Positions 39,817 through 49,246 of a stretch of 64,000 nt of DNA are shown here, piece after piece (the stretch's first letter is position 1; each line of letters opens with the position of its first letter). The stretch is from the NCBI GenBank assembly GCA_965649765.1, contig OZ287755.1, forward strand, positions 53,320,001 to 53,384,000. The letters are read 5' to 3'. Below the pieces are notes generated by a model. It ran no database searches and was not told where the DNA came from. It saw only the letters and a program-made list of their open reading frames with translations. The DNA comes from Bispira polyomma (Eukaryota). The position numbers were made by a program, and so were the translations under genes.

Positions 39817-40687
39817 AGTTTTGATAATCCTTAAGAGAGTCAGGGAAACAGGCAAACGTACACAATCAGTAACACAAATGTGGTATAGTAGTTGTTGGTG
39901 TAGTCACTGCAAAATAGATTGGCAGTCCTGTAAGGACATATTTTGATTCCACATGGTGGCTTGCTAAAGTCCTGTACACATAAATACCTCTACACTTGGG
40001 GTTCAAAGTCAGTTGTGGAGTTCAGCACAACCCACCCTCCACTTACCTATGCTTAAAGATATTAGGTCTGTTTTGGCCCTTTATAATTGTTTAAAAACTC
40101 AATACTTAAGTATCAGTACCCAGCTCAGTGGCAAGTCCAGAAAGGTAAGTAAAGGTACCCTCAAGATATAAGACAATTTGAGGGATAAAAAAAAAATTTA
40201 TTTACATGTTAGTAAAAATATTACATTTACTAGTTTTTTAGAGTGACTACTTTTATATACAGTCTGTGGTCATCGTAAACTAACTAAGGTGAGCAGATTA
40301 AGTTTCTACTTCAATACGTTAAAGTTAAGGTCACCATTTGAGCAATCTTAACTAAGGTGACCTTAAGTTAAGGTGAGTTACAGTTTCTAGATTTTACATG
40401 CAATTTAAGTTAAGGTTACTAACTTTACTAAGGTAACCTTAATTAAAGTTAAGCTTACGTAAAACATTTACATGCAATAAAAGAGTATAATTACAGAACG
40501 TATAATTGCAGTAAAACAAGATTAATTACAGATGAAAGATAAGATCAGAATGATCTGTTATTCTGATATAAACCGCATTATATATTTACCATACTGATTA
40601 TTTGTGTAAATATACCTTTTTAACCAAATGTGATATTTACTGTTAGTGTATAAAACCACCAAACACCAAGGCAAAGTAGGGGTAGTC

Positions 40688-41728
40688 TCAAGGTTTGTGC
40701 AAAAGGGCTTTAAAAGCTAAGGCCACTTGCTGTCCCGCAGCTTGGTCTTGTACCAAGTATGAACGGACTGCATCCGACGTCCAGGTGCCGTGTTCTTTGA
40801 TATGCTCCAACTCAACATTAGAATTGTAAGCCAAAGACGCACCTGAACACCGGAAAGAATGAAACGTTAGGCCTGAACTACCAAGGCCCGCCAGATGGAG
40901 GACTATTCCCAGATGACGCTTGATCTTGCTATCAGTGAGGGGAGCCCAGGCTTGACCCACTTTAACTTGAAATAAGGCTGCATTGGGACCCCCAGGGGAA
41001 AGCCTTAAAACATTTCTCAGGGCAGTCACAGGGCACAAAGCAGAGGAGCCGAGGGAGGGAATCTTTATAAGTCTCACTGAGTTTCTAGACTGAATGGTCT
41101 TTGACCATTTGATTAATAAGTGAATGCCCGGAGGCTTGAAAAATATATCACCTTTACATAAATGTCTCGATGGGTCAAACATTGAGGCAACATGGGGTGC
41201 CAGATTGGACATGCGAAGAAAAGAAAAATAAGCTGTCAAGTACACAGCTTTATAGATTTGCCCCATGTTAGTACTATCACAAGCCAATACAAGCTGAAGT
41301 AACATATGCGAATCCAAAACAGGTTTAATCTGAGCCACCAAGGGCCTATTATTGAGGGAGGCCTTGTTATACAGTTTAATGCGAGGTTCATCAAACATGG
41401 CAATTGACAGGCCATACATACTGAAACAGGCTTTAACAGCTGACACATGATTAATTACCATAGAGGCAGATGTTTGATTTTTTGTCAAAAATTCAAGAAA
41501 AGACAAGAAAACCGGAACTGTTACCTTGGAGGTGGAACAACGCAGGAAACACAGGTAGGCCAAGAAGGATTTAAACATGGCCAGGTAATTTTTTGTAGTG
41601 TTAGGCCTGAACGCTGTCTGCAGCCTAGCCAAGGCATCAGAAACCAGTACACCTGCAGCTTGAGGAATAAGTGTTTCTTGCGCAGGCCCCGAGAAAAATG
41701 TCTTTTGTTCTTGCAGAATTGAGTACAC
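40688..41728 (-). CDS. Tyrosine recombinase of the DIRS/Ngaro element
   Basis: FLRMSNL (R), KWSKTIQ, LCPVTAL, HSFRxSGA (HxxR), HGTW, AVRSY (Y); open ORF of 346 aa. Confidence 0.93.
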   Translation of the reverse strand: MYSILQEQKTFFSGPAQETLIPQAAGVLVSDALARLQTAFRPNTTKNYLAMFKSFLAYLCFLRCSTSKVTVPVFLSFLEFLTKNQTSASMVINHVSAVKACFSMYGLSIAMFDEPRIKLYNKASLNNRPLVAQIKPVLDSHMLLQLVLACDSTNMGQIYKAVYLTAYFSFLRMSNLAPHVASMFDPSRHLCKGDIFFKPPGIHLLIKWSKTIQSRNSVRLIKIPSLGSSALCPVTALRNVLRLSPGGPNAALFQVKVGQAWAPLTDSKIKRHLGIVLHLAGLGSSGLTFHSFRCSGASLAYNSNVELEHIKEHGTWTSDAVRSYLVQDQAAGQQVALAFKALLHKP

Positions 41729-43967
41729 TAACTACGGCTTGATTGTCACAGTATATAAAAACTTTTTTACCCGCCCATTGCTGGGCCCATATTCTGATTG
41801 CCACTAGAACGTTTAGCATTTCTAGCTGCACAATTCCCAGAGATAGAAAACCTATGGGAATAGTGCAGGCATAGACCAAGTTTCCCCAATGACCTCCCAG
41901 GCCTGTCAGACAGGCGTCTAGACTGATTGTTTCCTGTACAGGTCTATGCGAGAAAAATGAGACCCCATTGTAAAAGGGGAGAAAATTTTGAAACCATTTA
42001 AGGTCTTTTTTAAACTCATCCGTTATTTTGATACTTCTACTGTTTTTGTTGTCCCTTAGCAATTGCAACATTCTGTTTAGGAAGCATCTAGCCACTCTGA
42101 CACATTTTGCTACATACAGCAGACTGCCTAAGAGAGACTGTAATTGTCTTTTGGTACATGTTTCTTTCTCACCCCAAGTCATGCAATTATTCAGAACTTG
42201 CTGCATTTTTCCTTTAGGTATTGATATAGTGAATGTCTCAGTATTTATGTCTACCCCTAGACATGTGACCTGAGTGCTAGGGGGAATGAGTTTTTTACTA
42301 CTGATTGTTAAACCTAGCTCCTGCAGGAGGTCATAGAGGGTATGATAGGATTTTTTAGCTGTAGTAGTTAGTCCAAAGCCTATGAAATCATCAATGTAAT
42401 TGATAACTGGGAAACCTAGCTCTTGCATCATGTATCTGACTGAGTCACTTAGCTTTTGAAAAATAGTGCTACCATGCTTGTACCCAAAAGGTAGGCAAGT
42501 GTCTAGAAAATACTGATTCTCCCAGAAAAGACCCAACATGTGGATATCCCCCGGGTCCATTTTCACATGCCGAAAAGCTCTACTAATGTCTATCTTATAA
42601 AGCTTAGAGCCTCGTCCCAATTTGACAACCTCATTTGTTATTAAATCAACAGAAGGAAAAGTAAGTATAAAAGGAGTACCCAAATATATTTCCGGACTCA
42701 CATTTGAATTGACAGCATGTTGACTCGGCCAGCTCAGGTCAATGATGACCCTGCGATTATCTGAGTTGGGTTTCTCCCTGGTCATGAAAGGGGATGAGTG
42801 GAAGTTACTTACTGTTTTTTTATCAAAAGGACCCATAATTGCTTTAAAATTCTGTTCTTCCTCTAAATAATGAGTGACATGCTTAGAGAATTCTGTGGCA
42901 GACTTGTGATTTTCACCCGTGGCTACCAGATTTGATTGATCTTTTACATCAAGAGGGAAACCACAGCGAATTAAACTCACTAATTGTTGGTCCCAGTAAT
43001 TTTCCAGTCGTTTCTCCCATGCTTTCACATTTAGTTGAGAGGGAATACATAGATTCAAGTGCATGAAGTTATGTAAACCCGTATGTCTTATTTTGGTATT
43101 TGCTAACAAAGCATTACTTTCAACAACACTCACAGCTTTTGGATAACCGAGATTTAGATCCCCCAATGGAATATAACCAAATTTTGCCTTCATTTGTGAG
43201 TTCCAAGCCATGTGAGTGGTGTTGTCTTTTGCTATTTGTAGCTTACGTTTGTTGTTTTTGGAAGTACTGAGGCCCAATAGATACTTATCAGTCTCCCTGT
43301 CAAATTCTAGACCTTTATTACTTACGTTGGGATCAGAATCTTCAATTGCCACAGCAATCTGACTATTCTGTGAGTTTTGTTTTCTGATAGCAACTTTGTC
43401 GTCGTTAATATGAACATGAGTTTTCACACCTTTACCTACTGCCAAAGTAGCATCCTGAATGGCCGGTTCTTCATGCTCCTCACATGAGAGGGGAGCAAAT
43501 TTGTTTCGACAAGTTATGTTGAAACACTCATCCGATTTTGTTATATGGCCAACATAGCCCTTGTGCAAATTTTGGTTGGTATCCTTTTTTGGGCCAGAAC
43601 AATCACCCCAACACTCAACAAGGTGTGAAAACTTTTTGACGCCCCCCTTAGTAGCTCCCCTCTGTGTTTGATTTATTTGTTTTTTACTGCCAAACGATTT
43701 TTTACACTTGTGAGAAAAACTATGCCTTTTGACAATATCACTGAATAGGGGACTGTCGAAGGGGTCATAAACATGCTGTGCCTTGTAACTACCACATGCA
43801 GTACTAATAGCAGCCCACTCTGAGCGCCAATTTACATTAAGACAATTGTTATTATATGAACTATTTACAAAAACACGTGTATTAAAACATTTTTTAATCA
43901 CATCCTGCTTACTGTTCTGCACTGCTGTACTGCAGTGCTTCACTAGTTTTTTGCCGATGCAGTACAC
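41637..43967 (-). CDS. pol: Reverse transcriptase-RNase H of the DIRS/Ngaro element (RH C-terminus apparently deleted)
   Basis: GFPL, NHKSA, RVIIDLSWP, KIDISRAFRH, LPFG, YIDD, LGVDIN, LQSLLG, LDACLTGLGG, IVQLEMLN, YCDNQAVV. Confidence 0.95.
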   Translation of the reverse strand: MYCIGKKLVKHCSTAVQNSKQDVIKKCFNTRVFVNSSYNNNCLNVNWRSEWAAISTACGSYKAQHVYDPFDSPLFSDIVKRHSFSHKCKKSFGSKKQINQTQRGATKGGVKKFSHLVECWGDCSGPKKDTNQNLHKGYVGHITKSDECFNITCRNKFAPLSCEEHEEPAIQDATLAVGKGVKTHVHINDDKVAIRKQNSQNSQIAVAIEDSDPNVSNKGLEFDRETDKYLLGLSTSKNNKRKLQIAKDNTTHMAWNSQMKAKFGYIPLGDLNLGYPKAVSVVESNALLANTKIRHTGLHNFMHLNLCIPSQLNVKAWEKRLENYWDQQLVSLIRCGFPLDVKDQSNLVATGENHKSATEFSKHVTHYLEEEQNFKAIMGPFDKKTVSNFHSSPFMTREKPNSDNRRVIIDLSWPSQHAVNSNVSPEIYLGTPFILTFPSVDLITNEVVKLGRGSKLYKIDISRAFRHVKMDPGDIHMLGLFWENQYFLDTCLPFGYKHGSTIFQKLSDSVRYMMQELGFPVINYIDDFIGFGLTTTAKKSYHTLYDLLQELGLTISSKKLIPPSTQVTCLGVDINTETFTISIPKGKMQQVLNNCMTWGEKETCTKRQLQSLLGSLLYVAKCVRVARCFLNRMLQLLRDNKNSRSIKITDEFKKDLKWFQNFLPFYNGVSFFSHRPVQETISLDACLTGLGGHWGNLVYACTIPIGFLSLGIVQLEMLNVLVAIRIWAQQWAGKKVFIYCDNQAVVSVLNSARTKDIFLGACARNTYSSSCRCTGF
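43919..43952 (-). promoter_or_regulatory. Putative programmed -1 ribosomal frameshift signal (gag to pol)
   Basis: A_AAA_AAC in gag phase just before the gag stop, a 7-nt spacer, then a GCACTGC-agtaca-GCAGTGC hairpin. Pol is in the -1 frame. Confidence 0.7.
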
Positions 43968-45133
43968 TGGGCCGTTCTGTGGCCAGCAGTTTTACCTTGT
44001 GCTAGACATTTCTGACAACAGTGTTTAAATAACACCCCCGCTGTGGTGTGATCTTTAGGATGGGAACACGTGCCATCTTGAAAGTATTTGCAAATTGCAG
44101 ATTTTGCTTTGTTGAAATTTTGACTGCCAACAGTGCCATTACTGGCAGTATTGGAGTGGTTTGTGATCCTTTGAGCAGTAGCTCTTCTGATACGGTCGAT
44201 ACGGTCAGTTTGGTTCCAGGCGACCTTGCCTTCCTCCATACGACATAGGAGCAAGGCGTGGCTGGCTTTAGCAGAAGACCATCAGAAGTCATTTGCATCC
44301 TCAAATAATTCTGACATATACTCCAACATGAAGTTTTTTGTGTCAGCATTTGACTCCTCGTGAATAATCCGGCTGAAGCCAGCCACCCATTGGAATACAT
44401 TCAGACTATCATATGACACATGTGACTTGCTAGAACCTGAGAGAATACTATTTTGAGGCCATGGAACTCTGTGTTTTACATATACATCCACAGGCCCACC
44501 TCTTTGAGATTTTAAGTTACCTGTTTTTTCTTTCTCATTTAGCTGACGCAACTCTCTTAATCTGCTCTCTATTTCTACTTGGTATTGTTCTTTGACACTA
44601 GATAAAGAGGGAAGCTGACTATCAGGGTTATTGCTAGCACAGCAGCTTGTAGTACTTCTATTTTCGGAAGTACAGCCATTGTTTTGTGTAAGTGGCACAT
44701 TAAGGTTGTTGCTAGCACACATACTACTACTACCTTTGTTTACATTAACGGTAATGCCAGCATAGCAGCTTCTAGTACTAGTACTTTCAGAACTATCGCC
44801 TATGTTTACATTAGAGTTATTGCCAGCACTTCTAGTACTAGTACCTTCGGAAGTACAGTGTTTGTTTACATTTTTGTCAGCTTCAGTACTGGCAACCTTG
44901 CTTTCAATAGAAGCTATACGAGAACCTAATTGCTTAAGTTCAGACAGTATTTGTAAATTAACCTCCCTTTGAGAGACCTCACTAGTACTTGTCCCAGCTG
45001 TAGCCTGAACATCTGGTCCTCCGTCTGTATCAGCCACATTCTCGGAATCAACTACCATATAAGGGCACTCCTCGTCGGCAGGCTTGCTGTGTTTCTGGTT
45101 ACATGCAGTGCAGTACACCTTTCTCGGAGCCAT
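43943..45133 (-). CDS. gag: Gag-like ORF1 of the DIRS/Ngaro element, interrupted by one in-frame TGA (44282-44284)
   Basis: ORFs 44282..45133 and 43943..44254 share a frame. N-terminal CxxC..H, YDSLNVFQWVAGF, ELFEDANDF*W..AKASHA, C-terminal CKYFQDGTC..H..HCCQKC..H....C. Confidence 0.85.
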
Positions 45134-45669
45134 GTTTATACTTGGTTAATATATATGTACTTGTAGAGTACAAATAAACTAAGATAGAACACTAAAAACC
45201 AAGTAAAATTTAAATTCGATGTGCATTGCTGAATGTCAAATGTAAATATGAAAAAAATGGTGGAGTTTGGCGCCCAACTGTGGGGGCCAATTAGAGAAGA
45301 GGTTAACAGTTCATGGGAGGTACTAAAGAACAAAAGTGGGTGAGGCCGTGTACTGAGATCCTTGACACCCGCTGTGTCAAGGTACATAGTATCCCCAGAC
45401 ATTCCTCAACTATGGTTAACGATAGCTTAACACTGTAGCTAACGGAATGCCTTATCAGTAATTATAGAACATGTAAGCTGGAACGCTCCATGAGCTAAAA
45501 CGGTTCCCATCTATATTGTATTTTTTATGTCAGTAGTAGTAGAGTTTTAACACGTAGGTCAACGTCAATGTAATCACAAAAGCTGATTGAGCCCCATTGA
45601 GGTCATGTACTAGTTAATTATTTCTTCATCATGAGGTGTAGGTTGTGAAGTTTCTTTTAATTCTGTCTC

Positions 45670-45900
45670 ACCACCAAATTCAACATCTACTGAAAGACGT
45701 GGCTCCTTGTGGAATACCGTAAAAAATGGGGAAAATCCAGTGGACTCATGGTGAGTAGCTCTGTAGGCAGACAATATTTGGTCTAAATGTTCATCCCAGT
45801 CATTCTGTGTGTCATGGTCAAAAACTTTGAGGAAAGCTGTCTGAAGTGTCCCATTCCAGCTTTCATCTTATCTGTTAGACATTGGATGATATGCTGTGGC
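45670..45900 (-). pseudogene. Gypsy-type integrase fragment
   Basis: AYHPMSN..WNGTLQT..NDWDEHLDQILSAYRATHHESTGFSPFF..HKEPRL. Confidence 0.75.
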
Positions 45901-46563
45901 TATCTGTATGTTTATGTTCATCAGTAATAAAGCTGTTACAGGGATAGGGTCTAGAGTAGCTGAGACCTTATTAAGCTGGTGATTTTTACGTTGGCATGCA
46001 GTTTGAAAAATAAACAGATAACTTCCAGTACAAAAAACATTTTTCTTCAGACTTCAATACAATGAAAGTGTTTGCCTCAACCTGTATATACACGGGTGGA
46101 CGGTCATCCGGACACTTTTTACGAAATTTGTGCTTGAGCACAAAAATTATGGTCTTTTTATTTAGTTAAAATTACTAACAGTGGAAAAGAGATATGTTAA
46201 TGTTTTACTTCTATAGCGCCACAATCGATGACCAGGCATCCTCTGTGGCGCATATCCTAGTAAGTGTGCAAGAGCACAGTCTGGTAGACAGAAAAAGGTT
46301 CGCGATCAGAGATTCAGTGGACAGTAAAACTTGAACACTAAATGTAGAGCACATAATGTTCAAATAATTTTTTAAAAAGTAGTTAACTTTGCCTAAAAGA
46401 CAAGAATAATTAATTATGAAAGTGATACTAATCGTTTTTATGCATGTACCATTATATTAATCAATAAGAACAATAATTGTTGTCCTCCACGAAAGACATT
46501 GTTCCAAAAATAGAAAGATATTTCCCCAAAGTCCTGCAGGTCTCATGACTATGATGTCATGAA

Positions 46564-47203
46564 ATGGGTATATACTATACCTCGGAATAGAACTGGAATC
46601 GGAATGGAATCGTAATGCCACCCTGTACTGCCGCCCTGGTCATATAAGCATGGTACTTATATGTAAGTTTAAATATCTCAGCCGTTTCTTAACGGATTTT
46701 GATGCAACAAAATGCACAGGAATCACAATAAATTAAGCTTTCTCATCTTATTTTATTGCAAATTTTATCTTAAGGCGGCAGGTTGGAATGGGGGTTGGAA
46801 TGAGAGTTTGAATGGAGATATATTTCTCTACAGGGCGGCAGGTTGGACTGAAGGTTGGAATGGGAGTTGTAATGGAGATGTACTTCTGTCCAGGGCGGCA
46901 TTTTGGAATGGGGGTTGGAATGAGAGTTGGAATGGAGATATACCTCTCTACATGGAGTTCACTATAACTTCATCAGCATTTAATCTGAATTATAATTAGC
47001 AAAACCTATCAAAAGGTACATTATAATAGCATTCTGGTGATACCAAAACGAAATATTTAGAGGAAGTATTTAAATAAATACATCCATTTATACGATTTAT
47101 TTTTCATGTTGCACCTTAATAAAGTTGCCGCCCTGCCGCCCTGCCACCCTGTTCCAGGGCGACTGGAATAGGGTGGCAATTCTGAGGTATTGTATATACC
47201 CAT
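46564..47203. mobile_element. MITE-like TIR element with internal 60-bp tandem repeats
   Basis: TIRs ATGGGTATATACTATACCTC / GAGGTATTGTATATACCCAT; three 60-bp units at ~46770-46950. Confidence 0.65.
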
Positions 47204-48827
47204 GAAGGGTACATGAAATGAGGTATGCATTATTTCATTTTAAGTATGTTCAAAACATTTTAGCTTATGCTGTATTTTTGTACTGAATTTAAAATAAAGG
47301 ATAAAGTATGTTTGAAAGTGCTTTTATATAGTTAACTACGTGCAGATATATCATTTTTACCTTTAATATTCTGTGTATTAGTGGTAATTTATGCATAAAA
47401 AATTATTTTAATCTTAACTGTATTTTGAGGTAAAGGAAAGATGCCACTGTATTTGAAATGTTTAGTATGACTTATAATATTATAATGATACCCTTATTTA
47501 TTCAGATATTGCTATTGATTGTTTTATCTTATTTCATGACATTTCATGAAGAATTAATAACATTCAATTAAAATCATTTATTAAATGAATCCTATTAATA
47601 TGCCTAGTTTTACAGATCCATTCTTTTTGTAGCCAAATTTTATACACTTAGAGGAGGAACTTTGAGGTTTTATCAGATAACAATTTAGTCTTCTCTAGTC
47701 ACACCCAATCAATATGCAAGTCCTGCTTCATCAGTTTTTTTGACCTCAGGGAAACAAGAACTCAAAGTGTGATAATAATTATATTGTGTCAATGTTTTGG
47801 GATAAGTCTATACAACTCATAATTTTCAATCTAATCCAAATGTCCCAAACTGTGTGATGAATATATCACACTGGAAGAATGTGGTAAAGTTTTCCAAGGC
47901 TTATCACATAATAAGTATCTTGTTACAGGGGTGTTATGAAGAGAGTGTGCAAACAGTGATTTTGTGTGTCTGGGAATTTTAAAGGTTTTTTCATAAAGTA
48001 TGATCAGCTAAACCACAAAAATTATAAATGTGCATTTTAAATGTATAGGGATCAGAAATAGATAAAAAATCATAGTTATATAAAGGATACCTAATTGGCA
48101 AATATGCTTTTGTTTTTTGCACATGTACAAAATCAGAGAAAACTTTAGTAGCCATTTTACAGCATTTCATGTGTAGATGTCCATATATGGCATTGGTGCT
48201 TCAGTGTTGAACTCTTGGTTTTTACATGCTGGGCAAAAATTGTGGGTCAGTATTGAATGTCAGTTTCATATCACTCCTTTGGACTAATTTAATGCTGCCA
48301 ACATAGCCTTCCTGAAAAGGAGGGGTAATACTGGAAGACATTTCTAAGTGTAATACTGTTCATGAATTACTAGCCAATGTGGGGTTTTCAATTACATGTG
48401 TTCTTTTCAATTTTGCCTTTTTTCCCTCACCTTTCTGTACATAAACTATTACGTATAATACTGAATTGGCAATATTGTTCCATATTTGGCATAACATATA
48501 AAATGCAAGCAGTGAAAAGTTCACACTGTCACTTGGCCACAAATAGGATTATAGTTTGATCGCTGGGTTTAGCCCAATCACAGAAGGAAAAAATAAACAT
48601 ATTAAATATTTCTATACATACAATGGCCATAATATTTGGTGAAATCATAAATTAAATGCCATACCTATTAGTTGAGTCACTAACATTTAAAAAATGTTGA
48701 AAACTGGGGCAGTAAAAGAGGTTCAAAGTCCAAAATATTCCCAAATTAGGATCATTATTTGATAAATGCTTCTAGGAATGTATTGTTGATACCTTTATTT
48801 TTACCAGTACTGATTTAGTGCAGAGTT

Positions 48828-49240
48828 TTGTGGTATTTGGTGGAGGAGTACATTATTGCTGTCCGCTGTATCTACAAAGCTATTTACATTTATTCACACA
48901 AGTACATCTTTCTCATAGAATGGTGAGATATTCTATCATTGATCAGTGCATCTACGAAAAAAAGGTAAAAAAAAAAACAACATTTATACTGTTCTCTGCC
49001 AGTCTTGTTTTTTTCAACACTAGGAATAAAAATTGTGGTATTTGGTGGAGTACATTATTGCTGTCAGCTGTACTTGATATTTATTCACACAAGTATCTCT
49101 TTCTCTAACCATGGATAGAAAATAAGCAGTGACAAAAAGTGGTATTCTACCATTGATTAGTGCATCTACGAAAAAACCCAAATAAACATTTACATTAATT
49201 TCTGTCAGTTTTGTTTTTTCAACGCTTGGAATAAAAACTT
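48828..49240. repeat. Two ~205-bp tandem monomers in the LINE 5' UTR
   Basis: TTGTGGTATTTGGTGG..AGTACATTATTGCTGTC..GGAATAAAAA at 48828 and 49033, ending a few bp before the ORF1 ATG. Confidence 0.85.
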
Positions 49241-49246
49241 CAAACT

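Larger units (their letters stand above)
39771..45409 (-). mobile_element. Tyrosine-recombinase retrotransposon (DIRS order, Ngaro-like: gag, RT/RH, YR, no methyltransferase seen)
   Basis: Three overlapping ORFs typical of DIRS-order elements. Boundaries are inferred from a shared TTG core at both junctions and are less certain than the ORFs. Confidence 0.8.

Noticed and set aside
40688-41728. Phage integrase or prophage
   Set aside because: The YR overlaps a DIRS-type RT/RH and gag, so it belongs to a eukaryotic retrotransposon.
46712-46999. W/G/N-rich repetitive 95-aa ORF
   Set aside because: Translation of 60-bp tandem repeats inside a MITE, with no gene structure.
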